From the IMG/VR virus record IMGVR_UViG_3300013426_000033: a DNA stretch of 64,000 nt, one strand, 5' to 3'. A model generated the notes under the pieces. That model saw only the letters and a program-made list of their open reading frames with translations. It was not told where the DNA came from and did not search any database. Both the position numbers and the translations under genes were made by a program. Below, in pieces: positions 15,935-26,827 of the stretch. The number at the start of each line of letters is the position of its first letter. The stretch's first letter is position 1. This DNA comes from an uncultured virus (IMG/VR IMGVR_UViG_3300013426_000033). Lineage: Duplodnaviria > Heunggongvirae > Uroviricota > Caudoviricetes.

Positions 15935-16384
15935 TTAATCTAATTCATAATCTTTTGTCCTACGTCTATATCTACATTCACGAACGAACCAATCTTGTAA
16001 TTCTTTTACAGTCATTGGCTGTGGAGGTGGCTTTAATTCATATTCTCCCTTTTCATTTAAGGGCTGACCAGTATAACAATAAGCTCTAACATAGCATTCT
16101 GCCGCAGGAACCATATCTTCTGGATTCTTCACATAATGGTCAGCTATAAATCCGACTGCAAATTTCCCAGCAGTAGTATAAGTCTTCACGTGCCTTGACA
16201 GACAAAGATACTATCCCCTTTCCATAGCCTTATTGTTATATTTATATTCTCCTAAAGCACAACCAACATCCCATAATTCCATATAATAATCTGTATCTGT
16301 AGGATAAATTTTTGTGCCTTTTACATTTAAGCCACTAAAGTCAATTAACTACTTTGCTCTTGCAATATTTTTAAACAGACTCAT
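15935..16384 (-). CDS. Hypothetical phage protein, possibly PD-(D/E)XK-like (two TAG=Gln)
   Basis: MSLFKNIARAK(TAG)LIDFSG...PTDTD...GEYK...G(TAG)Y continuous with track ORF. Confidence 0.65.
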
Positions 16385-17195
16385 TGGTAAATACCTTTTG
16401 ACTAATAAAGTCTTTGCCTTCTTCACTTGTTAAGATTGGCATTTCATAATCAAGAATCCATTTATAACGAGTAACTTCCTGACCATTCTTACCAATAACA
16501 GTAGTGGGAATACGATAAGCACAAGTACCACGTTTCTCTACTGTTGTATAATCGTTCCAGTTTACACCCTTTTCAGTAAACATCTTATCCTGCAATTTGG
16601 TTGTATTGATACCATGCATCTCGCGCTGAGAAAACAAAGTCTGAGCAACTGCCTGAATAGAGTTGCGAGTACAATCCTGCTGTCTCCACACAAAATAATT
16701 ATGTACTTCAAAAGCAGGGACAACAAATACTCGACTATCAAATGTAGGCATTTCTTGACCTTTGCGAACCATCTTCCAGTCATAAGAATCTTGGTCCATA
16801 TTATAGATATCCAAGGGTGTATCAATAATAGTATTCTCAGCAAAATAATTATTAAACCAAAGAGTACAAAGAGCAGCAGATGTGCTAACAATTTTCTGAA
16901 TGTTATTGTCAAACCAAGGCTGAGAATTTCTTTCACTCTGAATCATAACAAGAGAAATTTCATCAGACTCAACGTAACCGAATTTAACATTAGGAATAAT
17001 TTCACAAAGTTTAAGCATTGTCTGTTGCATGGTTTTAACGAAAATAGGGTCAAAAGGCTTCTTCATACCACGACAAAATGAATGAAAGTGAGCGCCGTCA
17101 TTTCTCATAATAACAGGAAGATTCTCAGGAAGATAATTACGATATTTATTTTCGTAAGCTCCTTTCATTCTGTCACTTAAAGTCTTATACTCCAT
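16371..17195 (-). CDS. thg1: Thg1-like 3'-5' nucleotidyltransferase (tRNA-His guanylyltransferase family)
   Basis: RNDGAHFHSF, KPFD, SDEIS, FDSR, YFVWRQQDCTRNS, KRGT. Confidence 0.92.
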   Translation of the reverse strand: MEYKTLSDRMKGAYENKYRNYLPENLPVIMRNDGAHFHSFCRGMKKPFDPIFVKTMQQTMLKLCEIIPNVKFGYVESDEISLVMIQSERNSQPWFDNNIQKIVSTSAALCTLWFNNYFAENTIIDTPLDIYNMDQDSYDWKMVRKGQEMPTFDSRVFVVPAFEVHNYFVWRQQDCTRNSIQAVAQTLFSQREMHGINTTKLQDKMFTEKGVNWNDYTTVEKRGTCAYRIPTTVIGKNGQEVTRYKWILDYEMPILTSEEGKDFISQKVFTNESV

Positions 17196-17667
17196 TTTCT
17201 TTTCCCTCTTTTTCTTCTCTCATTTTTCTCAAGTCATCAACATAAACAGGATAACCATTATCATCAAAATAAACTAACTTCCTATAATCTTTAACTTTTT
17301 TTACATAATTAGCATCCAAAGTCATATCAGACCTGTTATTGTAGGGACAGAAGATTAAAGCAACAGGAAGATTTTCCATGTCTACTTGAATATTCTCAAC
17401 TTCATTTCCTTCTACAGTTTCAGCAAAATAAAAAGTACAAGGAATAAGTTCAATATATTCAATCTTATAATCTTCATCTAACTGTTTACGATAAACAAAA
17501 CTTACATTAGAGGTGTGACATTTTTCAATGATTTCTTTTAGTTGTCTATTATTAAAACAGTAATCTCTAAAACCTTTCTTAAGAGAACCAACAACTGAAT
17601 CTTCCAAAGAAGGAAAGTCAGAAGGCCAACTAAAAGTCATACATTCTGTAGTCTGAATATCTTCCAT
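17185..17667 (-). CDS. Hypothetical protein
   Basis: 160 aa ORF. Confidence 0.65.
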   Translation of the reverse strand: MEDIQTTECMTFSWPSDFPSLEDSVVGSLKKGFRDYCFNNRQLKEIIEKCHTSNVSFVYRKQLDEDYKIEYIELIPCTFYFAETVEGNEVENIQVDMENLPVALIFCPYNNRSDMTLDANYVKKVKDYRKLVYFDDNGYPVYVDDLRKMREEKEGKENGV

Positions 17668-17672
17668 TACAT

Positions 17673-18425
17673 TTATCCTTTATTATATAAATCTTCTTCT
17701 GGATTATATCTAAATCCTTGTTGATATTTTTCTTCCGCTTCTTGTCGAGCTTTTACCGCTTCTTCAAAAGTATCAAAACGCTTATTTAATTTAGTTTCTT
17801 TATTTACAACTAAAGAAGCAACCCATTTTCTTCTGTTTTTATCATAACTTACACCTTTAACGCCAGAAATATTATTGGTATAAATTTTACAATGTCCAAT
17901 ATTTTGATAATGTTCCAAAGGTCTTAAATTTTCTTTTCTACAATCATAAGGGACATGGTTTTTATGGTCTACATCTATTTTAGGGTCAGTAATATCTAAA
18001 ACAAATCTTTTCAAATGTAAAAAATGTGGATGATTATTTTTGTAAACCGTTGCAACAGGATATTTATCCTTGTTATATATCCAAACATATTCTTTTATTT
18101 TGTCATAATCTTCCAAATCAAAATAAAAAGGCTCATCTTTAGAAGTATATCCTATTCCATACTCTCCACTTAAATCATATCTATTTAGCTTTCTTCTTTT
18201 CTTCCCACTTTCAATAGTAGATTCTTTTTGTAAACAACCACAAGACCTTGTATTACCAGAAGTCAAACTGTGAGTTAAAACATCAAATTCTGTTTTGTTT
18301 TCACATTGACATTGTACATGCCATAAATTAGCACGTTTCCGATTTGGGCCTTGATACTAATAATCACATTTATATAAGACCTTTAAACGACCAAAAACAT
18401 CTCCAACTTTTACGGGTTCTTTCAT
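17673..18425 (-). CDS. HNH-AP2 homing endonuclease (one TAG=Gln)
   Basis: GDVFGRL, SGNTRSCGC, VDHKN..DCRKENLR, SGVKGV AP2 domain. Confidence 0.85.
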
Positions 18426-19670
18426 TTATTTAATCTCCACTAAATATCGAATAGTTACTTGGTCAGGACGATAGAAAATAATTTCAGGATTGCGAAGCAT
18501 TCCCTTTTCAGGAGAAGCATAAACGCAATGACAAGGAGGATTCTTTTTCTGAAGCACATCAAAATTAAAATGATAACATTCAGAAGTATGCTCATAAACA
18601 GTATAAGGATTACCATAAGCCACTTCAAAAATACCCATAAATCCAGTGTTGCTATTTCCTCTTGCCCAATAAGAACCGCTGACACTTGTATAACCAATGC
18701 TCTTTCGAGCCAAAGTGCTAAAATATAAGCCATCGCTGAACATTGAACCTGTATAGACAGCATTTGCAGGACGAATCTTCAAGCCCATCTTAAGAATGTT
18801 AAAGAAATTTTGAGACCTACTACCATGCCACATGAACTTAGTATCTGTAATATTATAATCCTTAACAAAAGAATTAAATGCTTTGTTAGTCTCTAAATTA
18901 TTAACACTCCATGCTTTTACGAATCTATCAGAATCTCGCCCAAGCATCTTTTTAATTCTAGCAATTTCATTCTGAGTAACATCTTCCATAGTGATACCCA
19001 TCTTCTGCAAAATGCTTTCAGAAGCTTTAATCTCAGAATCAGTGTCGGCAATTTTTGCCTTGGGCTTATAAACCTGACCAGCCATAGTATCTAGCAAACT
19101 CTGTTCTTCAGAAAGCTTATTATCATATTCAGAAGAATTAGAAACAAGGCAATCAGAGACACGTTTCATCTTACGAGGAACAATAATAAATAATTCATTT
19201 AAATTCTTATTAAACTCCTCAACAGACCAATCTTTATAATTCGCTGCAATATAATCAATTTTTTCCTGAGCAGCGTCAATCATAGCCTGAGTAACAGCTT
19301 CGGCACGAACAGAATAAGCGGATTGAATAGTCTTATTAGCATAATCCCAAAGACGCTTAATAATTTCACGAACAGACAAATTCTGAACAAGGCCAAATTC
19401 ATCTACACCGTTAGACCCATCTTCAATCTTAGAATCTACAATAATTTCCTGCATCAAATCAGAACGGTCAACATAACCCTTCTTCAATTTAGAGGAGAGC
19501 GTAGAGTTCCATTTGGACATAGGATAAATTTTAGTCTGAGGAGTTGCGCCAACACGACCGAACTCTACTGTGAAAGTGTCTCCATTTGAAGTCATACGAT
19601 AATACTTATTTGAATCAACGCCCTTATTATCAGGACTGACAAAGATTAAATATTTGGGAGTATAATCCAT
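18426..19670 (-). CDS. PARP-like ADP-ribosyltransferase with WGR domain
   Basis: NKYY..FGRVG (WGR); WHGS, GSMFSDGLYF, KSIGY, NPEIIFY (H-Y-E triad). Confidence 0.9.
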   Translation of the reverse strand: MDYTPKYLIFVSPDNKGVDSNKYYRMTSNGDTFTVEFGRVGATPQTKIYPMSKWNSTLSSKLKKGYVDRSDLMQEIIVDSKIEDGSNGVDEFGLVQNLSVREIIKRLWDYANKTIQSAYSVRAEAVTQAMIDAAQEKIDYIAANYKDWSVEEFNKNLNELFIIVPRKMKRVSDCLVSNSSEYDNKLSEEQSLLDTMAGQVYKPKAKIADTDSEIKASESILQKMGITMEDVTQNEIARIKKMLGRDSDRFVKAWSVNNLETNKAFNSFVKDYNITDTKFMWHGSRSQNFFNILKMGLKIRPANAVYTGSMFSDGLYFSTLARKSIGYTSVSGSYWARGNSNTGFMGIFEVAYGNPYTVYEHTSECYHFNFDVLQKKNPPCHCVYASPEKGMLRNPEIIFYRPDQVTIRYLVEIK

Positions 19671-19703
19671 AATTTCATCTCCTATAAGTAAATCTCTATG
19701 ATT

Positions 19704-19732
19704 AGATTACCATAGAGATTTACTTTTGTCAA
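19704..19732 (-). promoter_or_regulatory. SigmaA-type promoter overlapped by a 14-bp inverted repeat
   Basis: TTGACA-N17-TAATCT; AGTAAATCTCTATG/CATAGAGATTTACT. Confidence 0.6.
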
Positions 19733-19772
19733 GAGTTTATTCAGTTATTTTTTACTAATCTAATCAGTTAAA

Positions 19773-20489
19773 TTACTGGTAGCAAAAAGCAATATTAATC
19801 TTATAGCCCTCGGAAATTTCTCCTGCTTCATCAGCTTCATTAATTGCATTAGCAAAAGTGCGAATAATCATAGAACGTACATCTTCCCAATTTAATTTGC
19901 CCTTCCCACAACCAATAAAAGGCATAGCAAGATAAGAAATTTCCTCATTAACACAATACTGTGCAAGGTCTTCAATACAATGTTCAAGATTTGTCATAGT
20001 AATAGATTCATATTTCCTATTTGCAATCATAAGCAAAAACAGATTCCGAATCCAAATTGCTTCGCCAACACATCTGTCTTCATAATCATCTTCAACCTTT
20101 TCAGTAAAATGATAATAGGACTCAAGGCGTCTTGCTGTATCGCTACCCAAAGAAAGGTCGGCAGGAATACCATAACAAATGTTGTAATACGGAGGCATAT
20201 CAAGCAAATCTTTTTGTACCTCTTCATAATTTACATAAGTCTTATTAAGGTTGTCTTCATCATAGTCTTCATCAGCGAACTCAAGTTCACCATCATGCAT
20301 GACAAGAGGACACCCACAATCAGGGCAGTGCATTACTTTTTGATTCAAAACAGAAACATAACCAGAAGAAGCAATGAGTTTACCATTTTCATCAGTAGAG
20401 GCAACTGCGGTAGTAAAATAATCTTTGTCCTGAGTAGAAGTTACCTTTGGCTCATCGACCTTGTAATTGCGACTAAAAATATTAGCCAT
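19773..20489 (-). CDS. Protein with degenerate C-terminal macrodomain
   Basis: ADLSLG, LAMPFIGCGKGKLNW; N-terminal CPDCG. Confidence 0.7.
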   Translation of the reverse strand: MANIFSRNYKVDEPKVTSTQDKDYFTTAVASTDENGKLIASSGYVSVLNQKVMHCPDCGCPLVMHDGELEFADEDYDEDNLNKTYVNYEEVQKDLLDMPPYYNICYGIPADLSLGSDTARRLESYYHFTEKVEDDYEDRCVGEAIWIRNLFLLMIANRKYESITMTNLEHCIEDLAQYCVNEEISYLAMPFIGCGKGKLNWEDVRSMIIRTFANAINEADEAGEISEGYKINIAFCYQ

Positions 20490-20509
20490 TTTAAATACTC
20501 CTTTTATAA

Positions 20510-20746
20510 TTAATTAATTTTTTCGCCAAGTATTTTATCTAATTCTTTTGGACATGCATCAGTCCAATTTATAATTTGATGACCGTCATAAGAACAAACA
20601 AAAATCTTTTTTTTCTTTCTGACTTTCAATCCTTCCTCATTATATTCCCAATCAACTGTTCCATCCATATAAGGGAAATAAGGACAATTAGGAGTACAAC
20701 CTTTACATTCAATCTTAGCCATCAAATAATCCTTTCTTAAAAGCAA
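20510..20746 (-). CDS. Small Cys-rich protein
   Basis: ORF in operon. Confidence 0.55.
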   Translation of the reverse strand: MLLRKDYLMAKIECKGCTPNCPYFPYMDGTVDWEYNEEGLKVRKKKKIFVCSYDGHQIINWTDACPKELDKILGEKIN

Positions 20747-22431
20747 GCGGTATTTTTAGTAGTAGTAGTTGTTTTAGAAGGTTCTTTAACAAGATATAAA
20801 CCTTCTTTTGCACGAGTAGTTGCAATATAACTTAAATTCTTTTCCTGAACATTTTGCTCTTTACTATTTCTAAAATCAAAATTAATTTTTGCTTCGTTCA
20901 AAACAAAAACATTCGTAGCTTCAAGCCCTTTAGCTTTATGGATACTACAAAGTCTGACACAATCAGGAGAAGGAGTGGTATTTAATAGTTTATCAACAAA
21001 AGCTGAGAATTTAGAAACACTATCAGAAGAAGCATGATTTTCAACATATCCTTCCAAAATCTCTAACAAAAAGCTCGTGTTATCTATCTTAGAATTTGTC
21101 TCCGCCACGGCTTCCAAACGCTCCTCCTCGTGTCCCCCCTCACGGACATTTTTTGAAACGATTTCAGAGAGTTTTTTATTATAATTACTTATTACTTTTT
21201 GGAGGAATTTTTCGAGTGTGCCAACTGAGGTGCATTTGGATGATAAAATCTGTCTTTTAATTGCTCCTACCATCTCTTTATCTTCAATAAAAATAGATGT
21301 CCCTTTTCTCGCTAAATCAAGCACTACCTCTGCAAGCCATTTGTTCTTTCTTGAGATTACCATGTCTCCTGCTTTAGCATACTCTGAAATTTTACTCTTC
21401 TCAATAGTCTTAACAAATCCCATTGGAGCATCATCACGAGGAAGAATAGGAATTCCATATTCTCTATTTACTCTACTGAGATGAGACTTAGCACAACGAT
21501 AACAAATAGGTAAATCAAAAGTTTCTACAGGAGCAAACATCTTAGGGATTTGATTGAAAGCTTGTGCATTTGACCGACAAAAATTATAGATGGCTTGATG
21601 GAAATCCCGTATAAAGATATATCTACCTTTAGCTCTCTTAATGAACTTTAAAAAATTTAATTGAATGTTTGAGAAATCTTGAACTTCGTCTGCATATATA
21701 TTAGTATACAAAGCCCAATAAGGAACTTCCCAATTATCATATTTCAGTTTATTAAAAGTAATCCAAAGCATATCAGTAAAATCAATTACACCTTGAGTTT
21801 CAAATTGCTGTCTACTTTTAGTGTCAAGAATCTTCAATGTAGAAGTAATTTCACTGATATCAGGCGCAGAATAACCTTCATCCCCATAATACAAAAATAA
21901 TACATGGTCATCAATTAAACGAGACACATCTTTATTTGAAGACATATCTGTAAGAGTTAATCTACATAAATTATAAAGATTTACATAATTATCTTTCAAA
22001 AAAACTCTCTTGGCAAATTCAATGTATCTACCATAGCGTTTTGTAATTTCTTCATCAAGAATCTTATGCGGTTTAAAGTTATCCAAATTTACAGCTCTCT
22101 TAGAACGCTGAGAACCAAAACCTTTTGGTTTATCTTCTGAATCCTTAGACTCTTGCTCCACATTATAAAGCATAATGGAATATGCTAAAGAATGCATTGT
22201 CATAACTTTAGTCTTGGGATTCTTAATCTTCTTCTTAAACTCTTCAACTACACTTGCATTAAATGCAATATATAAATCAGAGGTCTTTGAATACTCAGAA
22301 AGCATACAGGCAGTCGTTGATTTCCGACTCCGCGCAAGGGCATTCACAAGCATATTACTTTGAGGATTATTAAGAAAGAAATCTAAAATATCTTGTTGAT
22401 ACGTGCTTGGCTTAAAGCCCATTGCAATCAA
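20737..22431 (-). CDS. UvrD/Rep-like SF1 helicase (four CGG at Gly motif positions)
   Basis: ALA(CGG)S(CGG)KST, DEVQD, I(CGG)DFHQAIYNFC(CGG), SIHKAKGLE, YIATTRAK. Confidence 0.92.
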   Translation of the reverse strand: MIAMGFKPSTYQQDILDFFLNNPQSNMLVNALARSRKSTTACMLSEYSKTSDLYIAFNASVVEEFKKKIKNPKTKVMTMHSLAYSIMLYNVEQESKDSEDKPKGFGSQRSKRAVNLDNFKPHKILDEEITKRYGRYIEFAKRVFLKDNYVNLYNLCRLTLTDMSSNKDVSRLIDDHVLFLYYGDEGYSAPDISEITSTLKILDTKSRQQFETQGVIDFTDMLWITFNKLKYDNWEVPYWALYTNIYADEVQDFSNIQLNFLKFIKRAKGRYIFIRDFHQAIYNFCRSNAQAFNQIPKMFAPVETFDLPICYRCAKSHLSRVNREYGIPILPRDDAPMGFVKTIEKSKISEYAKAGDMVISRKNKWLAEVVLDLARKGTSIFIEDKEMVGAIKRQILSSKCTSVGTLEKFLQKVISNYNKKLSEIVSKNVREGGHEEERLEAVAETNSKIDNTSFLLEILEGYVENHASSDSVSKFSAFVDKLLNTTPSPDCVRLCSIHKAKGLEATNVFVLNEAKINFDFRNSKEQNVQEKNLSYIATTRAKEGLYLVKEPSKTTTTTKNTACF

Positions 22432-23546
22432 CTCCTAACCATTTCATAACATTCATGCAAAGCTCTTGCAGTTTCGATTAAATCTTCAACTGTATTCTGA
22501 TTTTCATTCATAGAAATTCTAATTTCTCCACGAATATAATCTTCTGGAATATTCATAGCTCCCAACACAGCAGAAGCATTCATATCACCACTATTGCACG
22601 CGCTTCCAATTCCAACATAGATATCTTTTTCATCTAACATAGACTGAAGAATTTCTCCTTCTACATTATGAAAACAAATACATACTGTAGAACTAATACT
22701 GTTTGCAGGAGAAGCAACTATATAATCATCAGCGCCAAATAATTTACCAAGCTCTTCAAGAAAAGCTCTCTTCATTTTCTTACAAGTTAATTCCTTTTCT
22801 TTTTGATGTGCAACCGCACTGTCAACAGCTAAAGCTAAAGCATGAATATAGGGAATATTTTCAGTGCCAGCCCTGCGATTACTTTCTTGGTCTCCACCAT
22901 AAATCAAAGGCTTAATCTTCTCAACAGGAAAAGTGTCCTTAGAGAAATAAATAAACCCTACTCCTTTTGGACTATGCGCTTTGTGGCCACTAAAAGTTGC
23001 AATATCACATGATTGCTTTACATCAATGGGAACATTACCTAAAGCTTGTGTCATATCACAATGATAATACATATTAAGTCTATGAGCTAAATCCATAAAC
23101 TCACGAGGGTTAAAAATTTCTCCCGTTTCATTGTTTACATACATCCAAGACAAAAGAAATCCACTATAATCCCCAAGCAAAAAACCCAACTCTTCGTTTT
23201 TTTCAGTAACTTTGACAGCATCAATAAGATAATTTTTGTCAATAATTACAGACTTTGGGTTTTCTGTGATATTATGGTGCTCATAAGGGCTACATAAGCA
23301 TTTATTTTTCTGAGCTAAAGCCCACGCATTACCCTCGCTACTACCAGAGGTAAAATAAATTTCTTCTGGAAGAACACCCATAATATGTGCAATTTTTGCA
23401 CGACTTTCTTCAATTAAATCTTTACTCTTTCGTCCTAAACCATAAGTCGTACTTGCATTACCCCAATATTCAGTTAAATCATCTTTGATGACATCAATAA
23501 TATCAGGCAATACAAAAGTTGTTGCCGCATGGTCTAAATAAATCAT
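22428..23546 (-). CDS. iscS: Cysteine desulfurase (IscS/NifS)
   Basis: YLDHAATT, NNETG, SGHK, RAGTEN, GSACNSG. Confidence 0.92.
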   Translation of the reverse strand: MIYLDHAATTFVLPDIIDVIKDDLTEYWGNASTTYGLGRKSKDLIEESRAKIAHIMGVLPEEIYFTSGSSEGNAWALAQKNKCLCSPYEHHNITENPKSVIIDKNYLIDAVKVTEKNEELGFLLGDYSGFLLSWMYVNNETGEIFNPREFMDLAHRLNMYYHCDMTQALGNVPIDVKQSCDIATFSGHKAHSPKGVGFIYFSKDTFPVEKIKPLIYGGDQESNRRAGTENIPYIHALALAVDSAVAHQKEKELTCKKMKRAFLEELGKLFGADDYIVASPANSISSTVCICFHNVEGEILQSMLDEKDIYVGIGSACNSGDMNASAVLGAMNIPEDYIRGEIRISMNENQNTVEDLIETARALHECYEMVRS

Positions 23547-23740
23547 TTATCTACCTCATATTTAATAAAAGCAGTATATCTTTCTCTGCCTAAAACTTCA
23601 TCATATCTTGTAGTAAATTGAATATCTATAATATTCTTTTTAGAACTACTAAGCCACATATTTAAACGAGATTCAAAAATTAACGAATCATACGTCAAAA
23701 CTTTTACTCTTTTCTTACTCATATTAATCCCACAAATCAA
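23543..23740 (-). CDS. Hypothetical protein
   Basis: Short ORF in operon. Confidence 0.5.
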   Translation of the reverse strand: MICGINMSKKRVKVLTYDSLIFESRLNMWLSSSKKNIIDIQFTTRYDEVLGRERYTAFIKYEVDK

Positions 23741-24320
23741 AGAAAATTGGTTTCATCATATCCAAAGCTTTTTCAATCTCAGATTGCATATAATTGTCAA
23801 TTTCAATGCATTCTTTATAATACTGTTCTTTTTCTTCTTCAGGAATCTTATTTGCCCATCCATCATACTTCTCAAGAACAGAATTTTTCTTAGGACAAGT
23901 CTCTTCAACAGAATTACGAATATGAATTGCAATTTCTTTTAAGTAATCTTCCCATGCTTTACATTGAGCTTCTTCTGCGGCTTTATATTCTTCATCAGAA
24001 TTAAATTTTTCTCTCGTAAGTTCTTTCCAATCAATATATTCTCGCTTACCAGTCTTACGAGTTTTATCAAAATCAACCATGGGATAACCAACATGGGTCT
24101 TAGCCAATTCTTCTAGCATGTCTGGAATTACTTGCTGAAACCAATTATCAAAATTCCAAATATCTCTATTACACCAACCTTTAACAGCTCTATCTTTTCT
24201 CTGCTTGTGTACAGGATAAAGGTCTTTTAAATTTTTTGGATGTAAAAAAGGCAAGCCTTTATAAGATTTATTTAAATAGCTTAAATTAACCCAACTGTAA
24301 TTCTTTTTACTCATCATCAT
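23724..24320 (-). CDS. Hypothetical phage protein
   Basis: 198 aa ORF. Confidence 0.7.
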   Translation of the reverse strand: MMMSKKNYSWVNLSYLNKSYKGLPFLHPKNLKDLYPVHKQRKDRAVKGWCNRDIWNFDNWFQQVIPDMLEELAKTHVGYPMVDFDKTRKTGKREYIDWKELTREKFNSDEEYKAAEEAQCKAWEDYLKEIAIHIRNSVEETCPKKNSVLEKYDGWANKIPEEEKEQYYKECIEIDNYMQSEIEKALDMMKPIFFDLWD

Positions 24321-24570
24321 TTACCTTATAAAATTCACAAAAATCCGAATAGCTACCATAATCCACATTATAAACTCCTTCTGGAGTAACATGACAATTA
24401 TAATAATAACTCTTAAATCCTTTATTGTCAACATATTTTTTAATCAGTTTAAAACATTCAGGATATTGTGCTCCAAAAATAATATCAGTTCCCTTTTCCT
24501 TTACACGTCCAAGAGGAACAACCGCCTTATTACCCTTTTCATAATGGTAAGCATTAACTTGACAAATCAT
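24307..24570 (-). CDS. Hypothetical protein
   Basis: ORF in operon. Confidence 0.6.
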   Translation of the reverse strand: MICQVNAYHYEKGNKAVVPLGRVKEKGTDIIFGAQYPECFKLIKKYVDNKGFKSYYYNCHVTPEGVYNVDYGSYSDFCEFYKVNDDE

Positions 24571-24827
24571 TTTACATACACCTCAAAATCTCCCTCTAAA
24601 CATTTTCCGTTTAGCCCATACACAAACCTAAACTCTTCATTAATTAATTCAATAGATTCTACAAATTCAACAATTTTCTTTTTTTTGTTCTTAAAAGGAT
24701 TAATAGTCCTAACTACATTAACTTTTACGACACATTCTTGGTCATAACAATCATTTACTAAATCATGTACCCACACAGTATGACCATCCATATTTTGAAG
24801 AGCAACGAAGCTCAATTTTCTTTTCAT
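24567..24827 (-). CDS. Hypothetical protein
   Basis: GAGGTG RBS, downstream of TTGACA promoter at ~24867-24896. Confidence 0.6.
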   Translation of the reverse strand: MKRKLSFVALQNMDGHTVWVHDLVNDCYDQECVVKVNVVRTINPFKNKKKKIVEFVESIELINEEFRFVYGLNGKCLEGDFEVYVK

Positions 24828-24903
24828 GTTTCACCTCATATTAAAAATATGATTCTACCTATAAATAATATATCATAGGCAGAACCATATTGTCAATACT
24901 TTT

Positions 24904-25455
24904 TTAAATTATTTTTTGGACAAATTCAAGATAATCATGCGCCCAATGTCTAAGATTATCTAAATCAGAACTATTACTAATAATGGTATCATAATGGAAT
25001 TGCCCAACATCTCTATCAGCAGGGTTAGAAATAATTGGCCTCACATTTGCATTAACAACAAGCATAGTCGAACAAGGAAGCCCAGTCGCTTTCTTATTTT
25101 GTTCAATAAAAGTTTTGATATTTTCTGGTTCGCGGATATTTACAAAAAATAGCCAATTCTTTTTGCCAAGCATATCATTATCAATAACAGCATTGATTTG
25201 GTCAAAAACTTTCTGATTAGGAGAATTATCCCATTTCTGCAAGGCCATCTTTAAGTTATAAAGAAATTCTCTATCTTTTTCTTCCTTACGACCATTCCAG
25301 CCAGCAAATTGAGCTACAGCTTTAACCCAGTCAACAGTGGATAATTCCAAAACATCCCAATTAGGAATGTCTTCCAAAGATTTCTTACACAGTTCAATAA
25401 AAGTAGACTTACCACTTCCACCAGAACCGTTAATTATAATTATTCTTGAGTCCAT
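24904..25455 (-). CDS. P-loop nucleotide (dNMP) kinase-like protein
   Basis: IINGSGGSGKST, IREPE, YDTIISN. Confidence 0.75.
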   Translation of the reverse strand: MDSRIIIINGSGGSGKSTFIELCKKSLEDIPNWDVLELSTVDWVKAVAQFAGWNGRKEEKDREFLYNLKMALQKWDNSPNQKVFDQINAVIDNDMLGKKNWLFFVNIREPENIKTFIEQNKKATGLPCSTMLVVNANVRPIISNPADRDVGQFHYDTIISNSSDLDNLRHWAHDYLEFVQKII

Positions 25456-26216
25456 AACTTATCCCTCAATTCTTCACGAGTAGGATATCTACCACAACAT
25501 TTATCTCCCTCTGGACACCAAAGAAGATACTGACAATGAGGAACAAGTTCTTTAGCAAATACAGGATTAATCCCTGCAATCTGTCTCTTCATTTCAACAG
25601 CAATCTTACGAATAGGTTCCTGAGCACGAGTGCATAAACGCTTGTGCATAAATGTAATCAAAGCTTCGGGAGTAAAACCAATCGCTAAAGTAGTATTAGT
25701 AGCTCTTGGCAAAACAAAATTTGCATCTTCTACTGCGGCATGAACATCAATACCATTTTCAGTAAGAATATCACGAATAAGTCTACGAGTGGTATCAATA
25801 TTACTCATAAGATTCTGATATAAAGCCTTTGCTTTTTCATTCTTTTCAATATTACTCGGAATAATATAAGTAAAGTTATTCTTATCAATATACCTGAATG
25901 AAGCAAGATTTTTAACAATTTCATCAGGACTTACACGAGGGATTGCTTCAATCAAATCCATATAAGCATACTTATCCTGATTATCATAGCGCACTCCAAT
26001 TTCAGAACGCATCATCTGTTCCAAAGTACCTCTATCTGCTTCAATTTCAAATTTAATATATTCACAACGAGAGCCACTCATGTGACCTGAGTTTTCACAA
26101 TTCTTACCTACTCGTTCAGCATACTTCTTATTTGTACCATAACATTCACAAGCAAACTCACCGTGATTTTTATACAAATCTTCAAGTACAGTAGGATTCA
26201 AAAGGGTTACTTTCAT
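25440..26216 (-). CDS. thyx: FAD-dependent thymidylate synthase (divergent)
   Basis: SFRY, ANFVLP, RLCTRAQEPIR, C-terminal CPE..CG. Confidence 0.75.
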   Translation of the reverse strand: MKVTLLNPTVLEDLYKNHGEFACECYGTNKKYAERVGKNCENSGHMSGSRCEYIKFEIEADRGTLEQMMRSEIGVRYDNQDKYAYMDLIEAIPRVSPDEIVKNLASFRYIDKNNFTYIIPSNIEKNEKAKALYQNLMSNIDTTRRLIRDILTENGIDVHAAVEDANFVLPRATNTTLAIGFTPEALITFMHKRLCTRAQEPIRKIAVEMKRQIAGINPVFAKELVPHCQYLLWCPEGDKCCGRYPTREELRDKLWTQE

Positions 26217-26827
26217 TATGCCTTTGTTTCTCCCTTCTTATATTTCATCAAAAGATATTCAAATGTCTGTGGAGTATAATTCATATAAGGCATCATACAA
26301 CCAACATTAATCATTTGTGCTCTATTTAAGTATTCATTTTCATTAGATTCTTCTAATTTCTTTTTTGCCATTTCAGCAAAATCTACTACTAAATCTTGTT
26401 CCTTAGTAGTATGAGTATGTCCATGTAAATGAAAACAATTATCATAGCAAGACCCATAATAAGAAAGAATAGCAAAGTGAGAAAGAATTACTCGATAAGG
26501 TTTACCATCAATTGTTTCAGTTACTTCTTTATAATGACAAATTTCAGACAGCTTTTTCTGCACCCCAGTAGAAAAATGTTTCGGGTCATGATTACCAAGT
26601 ATTAAATGAATATTTCCTTTTAATTTATTTAAAATACGAATCCATTCATTTGATTCAGCTTTCCATAAAAAGTCACCTAATACATATACGTGGTCTTCAT
26701 TTGAGACTTGACTATTCCAACGAAAGATTAAATCAAGCTCCATTTCTTCTGTTGTATCATATGGGCGGCGGTCAAAACTAAGAATATTTTTATGTCCGAA
26801 ATGTAAATCTGAAATATATTAATTCAC
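26216..26827 (-). CDS. Calcineurin-like metallophosphoesterase; in-frame TAA at codon 3
   Basis: GTG AAT TAA then YISDLHFGH, LGD, GNHD, HGHTH. Confidence 0.75.

Noticed and set aside
20737..22431. Catalytically dead UvrD (Walker A ARSRKST)
   Set aside because: All four G>R changes use the same codon CGG, also seen at Gly sites in essential DnaE and NrdD; recoding is more parsimonious
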